This document shows positions 9,926 through 20,913 of a stretch of 64,000 nucleotides of DNA, piece by piece. How positions within the stretch are numbered: the first letter of the stretch is position 1; every line of letters starts with the position of its first letter. The position numbers and the translations under genes were made by a program. Source of the stretch: Naegleria gruberi (lineage: Eukaryota). The notes under the pieces are model-generated. The model was not told the origin of the DNA and ran no database searches. It saw only the letters and a program-made list of their open reading frames with translations. The stretch lies in NCBI GenBank assembly GCA_000004985.1, contig GG738872.1; one strand, written 5' to 3'.

Positions 9926-10832
9926 AAAGATCATCGAAAAATTCAATTGAAAAGAGAGCTAAACAATCAAACACCACAACTAAGAAGATTACTAAATCGA
10001 AAAAGATGTAAAATTGTAACTTGTAAATAATTCAGTAAATTGTAAATATATGAAGTTTCAATTTCGAATTGATCAGAATATGAGAAACCAAAATTTGGAT
10101 CAAGCAATTTACATGGCAAAAGTTCAATAAATAGAAGGGTGATCAACCTTTTCAATTTCTTCAACAACCTGTTATTTGAACACAACAAGATTCGTCCAGA
10201 ACTCTTGCCTTCACTGTTCATACAGTCAAAGACTGTAGCGGGATAGTCGCCATATTCCTGGCAGGCTTCCCGTCCAAAATTAATAATTGAAATTTCTCTA
10301 GAGCTTCCAAAGTATTGATAACTATAAAAATGAAGGAATAAGTTAAAGATTTCAAGTAAATAAGATTTTGTTGTCTTTCAATGGTTAATTCATTTTGTAA
10401 TTTTAGACGATCATATTGGATGAACAATACCTATTTCAATTTATTTATTATTCATTGTATTAAGGCAATAAATGGCTACGGTATATCGTTTCATAGAGTT
10501 AAACATTGATTTTGAGTAATGAATAGCTGTACCCAAACCATTTTACAAGTATTAAATTTTTCCAATAATCACCTTTTAATTCAAAACCATTAAGAGTCAA
10601 ATTGCATTCAATTCACGAACGACAAGTTAAAATTCATTATTGCATGTACAGCTGCAGCACATACTTACTAAACATGAACCAATTTTGTGTCCATAAACAA
10701 AAATCGGTTCATCGAAAGAATTTCTTTGCCGAAGAACTACTTTCTAAAAATATATATAACTATATAGTTTAAAAAGCAGGGAACTGTTTTGAATTCAAGA
10801 AAAACAATAAGAAAAACAAGACAACAAACATA

Positions 10833-11291
10833 ATGCAATTATTTGTCAAGACACTCACTGGAAGAACTATCACTTTGGAGGTTGAATCTAATGATTCAAT
10901 TGAAAATGTGAAAAGAAAAGTACAAGATAAGGAAGGAATTTCACCAGATCAACAAAGACTCATCTTTGCTGGAAAACAATTGGAAGATGGCAGAACTATT
11001 AATGATTACAACATTCAAAAAGATTCAACTCTTCATTTGGTGTTGAGATTAAGAGGAGGAATGCAACTTTTTGTAAAAACTTTAACTGGAAAGACAATCA
11101 CTATTGAAATGGAATCGAATGATACTGTTGAGAATATGAAACAAAAGATATTTGATAAGGAAGGTATTCCTTCAGATCAACAACGATTGATTTATGCCGG
11201 TAAGCAATTGGAAGATGGAAGAACTATTGGTGATTACAATCTTCAAAAGGATTCAACTGTGCATTTAGTATTGAGATTGAGAGGTGGTTAA
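10833..11291 (+). CDS. Divergent di-ubiquitin: two head-to-tail 76-aa ubiquitin-fold repeats ending in RLRGG then a stop.
   Basis: Repeat 1 is [76 protein letters not shown]. Repeat 2 is more diverged. Both keep K48, K63, the I44 patch and the C-terminal GG, but they differ from canonical ubiquitin at about 11 and 16 positions. Confidence 0.85.
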   Translation: MQLFVKTLTGRTITLEVESNDSIENVKRKVQDKEGISPDQQRLIFAGKQLEDGRTINDYNIQKDSTLHLVLRLRGGMQLFVKTLTGKTITIEMESNDTVENMKQKIFDKEGIPSDQQRLIYAGKQLEDGRTIGDYNLQKDSTVHLVLRLRGG

Positions 11292-11472
11292 GTTAGCAAA
11301 ATATCATAGATTCTCTCAATTATTGTCAATAAATTATTGAATAGTGAACATGAGTAAAATTTATAATCAACATCCAAAAACAAGTCATTTGTAACTTTCT
11401 AATGGAGCTACATACACTCAATTTCAGAGGAGGTTTGAACTGATTCATGTTTCACAATTTAAGATAATGAAT

Positions 11473-11592
11473 GGCTACGGCCATATCATGATGAATGCAC
11501 CTCATCCCGTCCGATTTGAGAAGTTAAGCATCGTCGAGCCACATCAGTACTGAGGTTGGAGACAACTTGGGAACCTGTGGTGCTGTAGTCTT
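11473..11592 (+). rRNA. 5S ribosomal RNA gene, copy 2.
   Basis: Differs from copy 1 at only about 2 positions (atcaTgatgAatg versus atcaCgatgCatg). Followed by TTTTTATTTT. Same orientation as copy 1. Confidence 0.85.
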
Positions 11593-12022
11593 TTTATTTT
11601 TAAAAATTTGTAATATCAAAAAACATTGAGGATTGCCTTTCAACTGTTTAGCTTCATAGGCAGTCTTCATTTCAGATAGAACATATTGAAAGTTCAATAT
11701 TGCTTCAATCTTTTTTAAAAATTTTAACCACAATTATAATAATAGAATTTAAATAAATTGAATACATAGAGATCAGCATTACATGACTCCATAGCAATCA
11801 TACCAATAATCAAAGGACAAAAGGCAACTTATGGGTTTGCGTACTCGATTGCTGTGAAGTGGGTACACAAGCTCAGTTGTCTTTTTTTCCATTCTCTAAT
11901 TTCAATTTCTTTTGCTCCTCCATTCTCATCCCAAATGATGGTAAACTACTACTCGAAAGTGAATAAAAAATTGTAACTTACAAAGATTCCATTCGTTTCC
12001 AAAATGTACAAAACCAAAAAAA

Positions 12023-13379
12023 ATGCTCGAAAAGCCAACCCACACCATTTCACTGATCGGGCAAAAAGGCAGTGGTAAATCAACACTTTTAGGTCAACTA
12101 TTGTATAGGATGGGATATGTTTTCGATGAACAATTAGAAGAAATTTCAAAAACTGCTGATCAATTAGGAAAACCAAATTGTAAATATTCCTTCCTGGTCA
12201 ACACAACCAGAAAGGAGAGGGAATGTGCATCAAGTAGTCAATTATCGTTTAGACAAGTGGAAACTAAAAATTATTTCTGTAATTTAATTGACACACCAGG
12301 TAGGAATTCTTATTTGAATTTATTGAAACATTTTTGGAATATTGAAAGGAATGGCAGTTTATATGAAGAAAACAATTCGTGCATTGGCAATTTCGAATAC
12401 AGTTATTGCAGTAATTGATCCGAGAGAAGTCGAATTCGAAAGGAGCATCAATCGATTTGATGGAATATTGAGACAGTACATGTTTTCTTCCAGAGTTTCC
12501 AATTCACAAATTATTTGTTGTGTCAATTTAATGGATCATCCAGAAGTTAATTATTCAGAGCAAGTCTTTGTGAAAACAGTTAGTGAACTTTCAAACATCT
12601 TGAAAAGAATAGGATGTAGGTCTCCAGTAGATATCATTCCAATTTCTGGTTATTGTGGAGATAATATTGTGGAAATATCTGATAAAACACCATGGTATGA
12701 GGGTAAATGTCTATTGGATGCTTTGAATTCATTGAAACCAACTGCAAATAATCTGGAACAAAGTTTAAGAATTCCAATTTTGGATGTTAAAAAAATAAGT
12801 GGAGTTGGAACAGTTGTTTATGGAAAAGTTGTAGCAGGAATACTAAAAATGGGGTCAAAAATAGTATTGGCTAATTCTAATATTGAAAATGCAAGAATTG
12901 AAGCTATTGAATCATTTGGAAAGCGATTGGAAGAAGCAAAATCTGGTCAACTGGTGGCTATCAACTTGCGTAATGTCTTCCACAGCTCAATCAAATCAGG
13001 AGATGTAATATTAGAGGGGGGGAAATCTACTGGTATTGTAACTCGCTTCTTTGAAGCCTGTATTTTAAATATTGGCCATCCAAACAACATTCATCCAAAT
13101 TACAAGCCTACAATTCAAGTACAGGCTACTCAAGCTACTTGTAAATTGGTTACTATTAAGAAAACCACAACTCCACAAGGGGTTTTGATTGAAAATTCAC
13201 CACGCTTTATTAAGAGAAATGAATTTGGAGTGGTTGAGTGTGAATTAGACAAAGCTTGTTATTTGGATAAGGATGTGTTTTGTAGATTTTATTTCAGAGA
13301 TTTGAGGAAGGTAATAGGATTTGGCTTGATTACTCGTGTTGGAGTTGAACAGCCCGTGGAAAGTGAAAGTAATAAATAA
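12023..13379 (+). CDS. Degenerate EF-1alpha-family (eEF1A/Hbs1-like) GTPase paralog, about 435 aa, with one 49-nt intron at 12300-12348.
   Basis: The N-terminus EKPTHTISLIGQKGSGKSTLLGQLLY aligns to eEF1A EKTHINIVVIGHVDSGKST. DTPG is present, then the intron (GTAGGA...GAAAG, phase 1) joins the two ORF-track frames so the protein reads DTPG-MAVYMKKTIRALAISNTVIAVID. G5 is PISGYCGDN and domain II is GTVVYGKVVAGILKMGSKIV. The catalytic His after DxPG is Met and NKMD is NLMD. Confidence 0.7.
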
Positions 13380-13706
13380 TTAGAACTAATTGTTGGAAAA
13401 AATCATTTCAATAAAACTCTTTCCACCTTATTTACCTGTCGTTATTTGTTTTCCTCACCTCTGAGATTAAATATTGTATTAACGTTAGAAATTTTATTGA
13501 ATACTGAATTAAATTCAATCTGATATCATTCAATGTATGTTATACTTTAAGGAGCTAATTTAAACTGATAAGGATTAAGCTATATTGGCTACTAGTTGTC
13601 TACTTTGAATTTGTTGACAGAGTTGTATAGCTTTGGTTGTGTTCCTTTTTTTGAGGCTTTTTCCAAGTTGTAAAATACTTCTAATTCCTCTAGGTTTTTC
13701 ATGGGG

Positions 13707-14880
13707 TCATTCATAAACGTAAATGAAAGTATCATGAGCAACAAACAATCTTCCAGTAAATCTATCAAGACAAAGACCTGACGAGCCATGGGGTAATTTC
13801 TTTTTCAAAATTAACTTTCCATCTCTATCAATAACAAATGCCTTGAATTTACCAAATGCAGGATTAATAATGAAATATATCAATCCAGATAGTCTATCCA
13901 TATCAATGAAATCCACTAATGATCCAGGTTGTTCAAAAATTATTTCTTGTTTCCATTCTCCATTCACATATTCGAATCGTTCAATATTCCTGTCAATCAT
14001 TACGAAAAATGAATTCTCAGCCAAACGATCCACACATATAGAACCACTCAACCATTGAGGACTCATATCATATTTGGTAAGAGAGCTTCCAGTTGTTGCA
14101 TCATAAAACCTTACGGAATTAGAATCCACTGAAACTACTCTCTTTCCTTCAAGCATTAAAACATTAATTCCCTTATCTGAATGATAACCCTCAACTTTCC
14201 ATAATGGATTGCACTTCCCCTTCGTTTCAATAAATTCCCTTAAATCGTATTTTACAATGTGTTGTGAATGATTGTTTATCAGTGCATCAAATCCTCGTCC
14301 ATTATAATTTTCCTCAATTGTAAAACAAGAAACCTTCTTTCCATGTGAAATGATGTAACTTTTGTAATTTGTTACTTGGTCAATTATCATAAAACTATAT
14401 CTCGTCAATGCTATTAAACAAGAGCATTGCTTTGATAGTTTAACATCATAGAGAGGCTCAAAAGTTTCCTCAAAATATTGCCTACAATCAATTGTAGAAA
14501 TTAAATTAAAATTATTGGAGAATGGTGCTAAATGTTTTTCCCTGAATTTTTGTTGCAGCTTTGGTAAAAAGTTGCTCCGAACCATCATCAACAACAAGAT
14601 TATTCTTTTTGGAACTGTGTGGAACAAAATCAATCAGCTGAATGTGTTGCGGCATTTTTTTAACCAACTTTCCAGTAAGATTGGTTTTTACAATATTGGT
14701 CAACTGAAGATTCTTAGAATCATAAAGATTAATTTGAATATTGAGCTCAGGTTTGATTTCAACAATTCTTGGCGTTTCAAATAAAACACTATCTCTTTTG
14801 TAAACACAAGGAAAATGTTCGAGTTTTACTCGGAGAGAATGGGAACGAATCAAACTCCTAAAACCCTTTTGAACATGCAA
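13707..14880 (-). CDS. Hypothetical protein encoded in two overlapping frame segments (13707-14633 and 14512-14880). The junction and true N-terminus are unresolved (intron or frameshift).
   Basis: Two long minus-strand ORFs overlap by about 120 nt in different frames. Upstream of 14880 the frame hits a stop, with no in-frame ATG until the M in KKMPQHIQL. No confident domain; possibly a beta-propeller-like fold. Confidence 0.3.
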
Positions 14881-15061
14881 CTCTTCAATAACTGAAACAA
14901 ACTTTACAAAAGAGATTGTTGTGGATTGTACGATAACGTTAAAAAATTAAAATCTTTTCATAGGACAAAAAAAATCACAACATTGTTTCTTCCTCATATT
15001 TGAATAGATCACAGTAATAGATAGTTATTGACACTCTCCTTTGATCATCACCAATTCCGAG

Positions 15062-16736
15062 ATGAGACCTCAACAACAAACACTAATTTATTTATTCATG
15101 ATGATGATGATTGGTTTCATCATCATGATGTTACTAAACATTCATCATGTTCAATCAATTTCTATCAAAATTCCAACCAAACAACAACAACACCCATCCA
15201 AAACAATGTTACCAATTCATCATCATCATCATCAAAATTCAAATCCTATCAAGAAGGGAAAAGTAAACAATATTGGAAAAAGTAGTGCAGAGTGGCGTTC
15301 CCGAAGTATTTATCAAATTATTACTGATAGATTTAGTCCTTCTGAGAGTGGAAGTGGAAAATCGTGTCCTCTCCTCTATACTTATTGTGGAGGTACTTTT
15401 CAGGGAATTACTTCACATTTGAACTATGTGAAAAGTTTGGGATTTAATGCTATTTGGATTAGTCCAATTGTGTTGAATTTACCTGGTGGATATCATGGTA
15501 AGTTGTGGAATTATTGACAAGTTGACCAGATGGTTGAAAATTAATTTTGTAAAGGTTATTGGGCTCAGGATTGGTTTGCTGTTAATCCACATTTTGGAAC
15601 TCAAGCTGATTTGATTAATTTGGTTAAAACAGCTCATAGTATGGATATTTGGGTTATGGTAGATGTAGTTTTCAATCATGTTGTAAGTTTTTTCGATGAG
15701 TTTCGTTTACAAATTAAATTAGGGACCTGTTGGTTTTGATTTTTCAGAAATTTCACCATTCAATTCATCAACTCATTATCATCCTTATTGTCAAATTAAT
15801 AACTGGTCTAATCAAACAGAAGTGGAATATTGTAGATTGGCTGATTTACCTGATTTGGATCAAAGTAATAATTTTGTTTACAAGACATTGTCAAATTGGA
15901 TTACTGATTTTGTTTTAAATACTTTTGGATTTGATGGTATTAGAATTGATACAGTACCTGAAATTTCCAAGACTTTCTGGAGTGATTTGAAAACCAACAT
16001 TTTGGCTCCAAAGTATGGAGATATTTACTCAATTGGAGAAGTGTTAAATGGAGATATGAATTATGTAGCTCCATATGCAAATATTTTGGGTGCAACTCTC
16101 CACTATCCAATGTATTTTGTTTTAAAGAGCATCTTTTCACAAGGTGGAAGCATGTATCAAATCAGAAATACCATCAACAGTGCACGATCTCTCGTTAAGG
16201 ATACATCTCTTCTTGGAGTATTTATTGATAATCATGATAATCCAAGATTTTTGAATTATGAAAGTGATTACAAATTATATCAAAATGCATTGACCTATGT
16301 ATTGACCTCAGAGGGAATTCCAATCTTTTACTATGGTACAGAACAAGGGTTCAATGGTGGTGCAGATCCTTTCAATAGAGAACCATTATGGCCAACCAGC
16401 TTTAACCAAAATTCCTATCTCTTCACTTTCGTCCAAAAGATTATGAATTTTAGAAATACTCACTTCCAAGAATTTTTAAATAATCCATTACAAGTTGAGA
16501 GATATGTGGCTAATAACTTTTATGCATTCTCAAGAGGAAATGTCTTTGTTGCCACAACAAATGTTGGTTCCAGTTATGGTCGATTGCAATATACCATTAC
16601 TTATCATCCCTATTCTGATGGAACAGTATTGTGTGATATTTTCTGGGGTAACAATGATTGTGAAACAGTAACTAATGGCCAATTTACTGTAGTCTTACTC
16701 AACGGAGAATCAAAAATCTATTATCCACAACAATAA
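15062..16736 (+). CDS. Secreted alpha-amylase (glycoside hydrolase family 13, fungal TAKA-like) with an N-terminal signal peptide and two short introns (15498-15554 and 15683-15722).
   Basis: ATG at 15062 gives MRPQQQTLIYLFMMMMIGFIIMMLL (signal peptide). Exon 2 encodes GYWAQDWFAVNPHFGTQADLINLVKTAHSMDIWVMVDVVFNHV (GH13 region I). Exon 3 encodes GFDGIRIDTVPEI (region II), IGEVLNG (region III) and FIDNHDNPRF (region IV). The spliced frame gives a contiguous alignment to Aspergillus TAKA amylase. Donors are GTAAGT. Confidence 0.8.
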
Positions 16737-17641
16737 AAGAGATTCTCAAATTTTCCTTAGACCTTTTTTACAGGCATTCCGAAATTAGGCAAGCTTTACA
16801 AATTAATTTTGGAAAGGAAATTGTTGTAAAATGTGCAAACGAACAACTTTGAATTGATTTCAAAAAGATATAATTCCAACGAAGGTCAATTGAAGACAAG
16901 TATTCGTTGCGTTGGATATTGAGAGGATCGATCTTCTTTGAAAGCAATACCTAGAAAAACAAACATAACAACCAGAAAAGATCATCGCTCATTCAAAACT
17001 ATATTGAATGAATTTCGAGAATTTCAGCTGTCTTTTTGTTGGGTCGTTACTTTTTCTTCCTGCATTGACGTTGACGTTTTTTCGCAACAAGTCCTGTCAA
17101 TAATCAAAAAAAAGTTTTCAACAGCATAACCCAGCCACTCGTGGAAACCATTCCATCCTACCCAAAAACCACTTTCATTTGTGTCCTAGGATACGTTTCC
17201 ATTCTTGCTGTCCACAAAACAACCAAAGGTTCACTTTGAAAATACATTCTTTTCGCGCCAATTTCGTAAAACTCCAAACAAGTCCACCGTATTCGTTGGT
17301 CCAATTTTAATTAGAAAAGCAACTTGCAGATTTTCTTCTTTGTTTTTTGGTTGTTGTGGAAGAAAATATTTATACATTCTCTCATCAAATATTGTATCAT
17401 CACCCAAGAGTTAACTCCGCTTTTTTCTCAACCACCTCCAACATCATCATCAAACAAAATTCCCCTCCCTCTCTCTTTCCGTTGTATATTTATTCATCAT
17501 CATTTTGGCAAATTTTGAATATTACTCTATATTTGTAACAATATATTAGCTATATATTGTTATTATTGAAGATATTAGATTGTATATTATCGCCCTTTTT
17601 TTGATTAGGCAATTCATATTTATTTAAATTATTAAAACACA

Positions 17642-19020
17642 ATGAAAATACTAAGAAGATTAGTTTCAAAGAAGAAGAAAAGATATGAAGATCCAGAGAA
17701 TGGATTTGATTTAGATCTTGCTTGTAAGTGTTTATCATAATATCAAAATATCATTAATTGCTGCTGCTACTTCTATTGTTGTTCAATTAACATCAATTGT
17801 CAAAAAATTCAGACATAACTCCGAATATTATTGCCATGGGATATCCATCTCCTAATTTTGAAAAGATTTATCGTAATCCAATGGAGGAAGTTCAACGATT
17901 TTTGGAAACTAAACACAAAGACAAGTACAAGTTGTGGAATTTGTGTGCTGAAAGATCCTACGATAAGACATGTTTCCATGGTCGTGTTGAAGATAGTTAT
18001 CAATTCTATGATCATGAAGCTCCAAAGTTTGAAATTTTAATTCCATTTTGTAAAAATGTTCATGAATGGTTGAGTCAAGATCCAGAAAATGTTGCTGTCA
18101 TTCACTGTAAAGCAGGAAAAGGAAGAACAGGTGTTTGTATCAGTTGTTATCTCATGTATGCTCAACTTCAACCAAGTGCTAAAGCAAGTTTAGATTTTTA
18201 TGGTAAAGCAAGAACAAAAAATCACAAAGGTGTCACAATTCCAAGTCAAAGAAGATATGTACATTATTTGGAGACAGCATTCGTAGAAAATACAAAGAGA
18301 CGTCTCAGTTCAATTGAAGTAGTTGAAACTAAAAGCAGTGATAGTATACAGAGCAATAATGGTGATAATGTAGTTGAGAGTAGCTCTGTGAAAAAACCAC
18401 ACTCTGCTGAGCCATCATCATCCGATATTGACTCTCCTGTCAGTACACCAACACCAACACCTACAACAGAAGAACCAAAGAAGAAATCATACATTGATGT
18501 CATGTCCAAACTAGACGATTCTGATATTGTATTCCCAAATGCTACTCCTTCTCTAAGACTCAAAACTATTTCGATAACACCAGCCCCTGTAATTGGTGGT
18601 ATTCTTAATTTTGAAGTACTTGACGGAGATTTTGCAGTTTTGTAAGTATTCTTGTTTTTCAATTTTATAATTGACCTAAATTATCTTAATAGATACGACC
18701 ATAAGGATTACGAGAGAAATGGTGTCACTTACAAAACATCTGACAACTCTTTGACTGTAAATATTAATGTACCAGTCAATGGTGATGCTAAAATTGTTGT
18801 GAAAAAGAAAAAGAGAGGAAAATTCGTGAAATTCTTCCATTTTTGGATCAATACTCATTTCGTAGAAAAGGACTCTGAGGATGATAATTTATTCAGGGTT
18901 TCGTTTGAAAAACACGAATTGGACAAAATTTACCGAGACACCAAACACAAAAAGCTGCCAGAAGGTTGTAAGGTCGAATTGACTTTTAATCGTAATACTG
19001 ATACTCGTACTTCAGAATAA
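17642..19020 (+). CDS. PTEN: PTEN-like phosphoinositide 3-phosphatase (phosphatase plus C2 domain). Three exons: 17642-17723, 17813-18641, 18693-19020.
   Basis: Exon 1 MKILRRLVSKKKKRYEDPENGFDLDLA, spliced in phase 1, continues as YITPNIIAMGYP, matching PTEN DLDLTYIYPNIIAMGFP. The active-site P-loop HCKAGKGRTGV is exact. The C2 region FFHFWINTHFV matches PTEN MFHFWVNTFFI. Introns are 89 and 51 nt with GTAAGT donors. Confidence 0.85.
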
Positions 19021-19298
19021 ATCTCCCTAGTTCTTTAAAATAGCTCCCTATTAATCAAACTTAATTTATTGGACGTACTCGAATTAAGAGAATGTAATTA
19101 TATTAAAAAATTCTGGACTAGATTCAGAAAATATTTACTATGTGTTTCCATCCAACAGTTTGATATCAATGCAATTCATCATATTTGCCAATGGTTCCTT
19201 TGAAAACTCACTTAGCCACAGTAAAACCACAGTAATACACAGTATTGGTATGGAGTTTTTATAATAATAACAAAATTTACTAAAAAAAAAGATTCATC

Positions 19299-20819
19299 AT
19301 GGCTTTAAGGCGACGCAACCATAAGGCAAATTTGTTGTCGTTTTTAATGGCTTGCGTGATGATGGCTCTAATGATGCTGTCTATTGGAATCAATGCATCT
19401 AAGTTATATATGAAGGGATCGGAACGCTTTTCTGCAACTCCAATGATGAAACTTGATGTAGCCATTGATCAAGTTGTCTCAAAGAGCTGTTTGGCTGGTT
19501 TGAAAGGAGTTCAATGTCCTGAAAATATTGGCAAGAAGAGATTTACACCATCATCAACTTTGGATTTGTTGTTTGCTGGAATGGGTTATGACTCTTATGC
19601 ACACACTGTTAAACCTCAGATTTTGAATTCCAATACTGTCAATGTCTTGTCTAGCCCAAGTGTGAACTCAATTTCAGTAACAATGACTGATGCTCGTCAA
19701 TTCTATTCACAAGTTTATCCAATTTCTGGTCAGCAATCAACATTTTACAATGGGTTGTATACACATAATGGTGGAGCTGATGAAATATTTACAAAATTCT
19801 TTGAAGGAAAATTGAATGTATTGAATGCTCAACAACAATACACAACTCATCAAACATCTGTTACTAATGCAATGGATATTACGAGTGGATTTTCCAGAAT
19901 TGTGGAAATTTTGCCAAATGAAATGAACCAAGAAATGTATGAGAAAATTATTGAATTCTTTGGAGATTCTGTCATGACTCTTGTTAATTTTGGTGGAGTT
20001 GTGGATTCAACTGTTTCTGTTCGTGGTTGCTATTCTGATCCAAATATGGAAAACTATGTTAAAACTCAATTATCTGGAATCATTCAGGGATATGATGCTG
20101 ATGTTCCTGTTGGTTGGGTAAAATACCACAAAATATCTGAATTAGACATTGCAGGTGGTAATCCAGAAATTGATAATATTCCAAGAAGAGTTGAAACCTT
20201 CCACCTAAATCCAGTACCAATTAGATTTGATACAATTCCAATTTGGCAAGTTTTTCCAGAAGGTCCAAAACGAAACAATATGAAAGCAGTTTATGATTCC
20301 TATGTTCAAGCCCAAGGTTCTATGGTTGAGAATAAGATTAATCGCATTCAACAACTCAAATTGCAAGAACTTCAAAAGCCCCAACCATTCGTTGCCTACG
20401 CAAGAAGAAAGTCCAATAACTTTATCTATGGCATTGCAGAAGGATTAATGGCTATTGGACAACCAATAGATATTAGTGCTTTAAGCTACAAATTCTTCAC
20501 CAACCAATTGGCAGTATTGAATGGTAAGACAACAGTTAGATTAATTAGACATAATGAAAATGTATTTCACATGGAGGCCATTCAAAGTTGTCCTAATATG
20601 GGTGCTTATGCTGCTAAAACTCCAACACTTATTTCGAATGTTGTTGGCAACAGTTGTGCTTTCATTCGTCTGGAGAATGCTCCAGTAGGGGGAGGTTTTA
20701 AAAACATGGTGGAAAGGGTGAACTATGATGAGGCTAATGAATTGTTTGTTTGCAGTGGATGTCATGCTTACATTCTTAATTGGACTGATTTGAGATGTGA
20801 TTGTCCAGCAATTAATTAA
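19299..20819 (+). CDS. Secreted or membrane-anchored protein (506 aa) with a degenerate MACPF-type signature. Putative pore-forming-like protein.
   Basis: N-terminal hydrophobic signal/anchor (LLSFLMACVMMALMMLSIGINA). The internal motif FGDSV-MTLVNF-GGVVDSTVSV fits the MACPF pattern (Y/F)G(T/S)H(F/Y)-x6-GG only loosely. No other domain recognised. Confidence 0.3.
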   Translation: MALRRRNHKANLLSFLMACVMMALMMLSIGINASKLYMKGSERFSATPMMKLDVAIDQVVSKSCLAGLKGVQCPENIGKKRFTPSSTLDLLFAGMGYDSYAHTVKPQILNSNTVNVLSSPSVNSISVTMTDARQFYSQVYPISGQQSTFYNGLYTHNGGADEIFTKFFEGKLNVLNAQQQYTTHQTSVTNAMDITSGFSRIVEILPNEMNQEMYEKIIEFFGDSVMTLVNFGGVVDSTVSVRGCYSDPNMENYVKTQLSGIIQGYDADVPVGWVKYHKISELDIAGGNPEIDNIPRRVETFHLNPVPIRFDTIPIWQVFPEGPKRNNMKAVYDSYVQAQGSMVENKINRIQQLKLQELQKPQPFVAYARRKSNNFIYGIAEGLMAIGQPIDISALSYKFFTNQLAVLNGKTTVRLIRHNENVFHMEAIQSCPNMGAYAAKTPTLISNVVGNSCAFIRLENAPVGGGFKNMVERVNYDEANELFVCSGCHAYILNWTDLRCDCPAIN

Positions 20820-20913
20820 TGATAAACATCTAATAACCTCAGTTAACAAAGGTCAATAATTTGATGGAGCATTGATCCAATCAGATATAATAATTTAATT
20901 CAAACAATAAAAA

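Noticed and set aside
10472-10545. Third full 5S rRNA gene
   Set aside because: Only the first ~17 nt (ATGGCTACGGTATATCG) resemble 5S and the remainder diverges completely. It is treated as a fragment within the 5S finding, not a gene.
12023-12418. Treating 12023-12418 and 12342-13379 as two separate genes
   Set aside because: A 49-nt GTAGGA...AG intron at 12300-12348 joins them into one protein that is continuous with eEF1A, and the second ORF's track start is a TTG.
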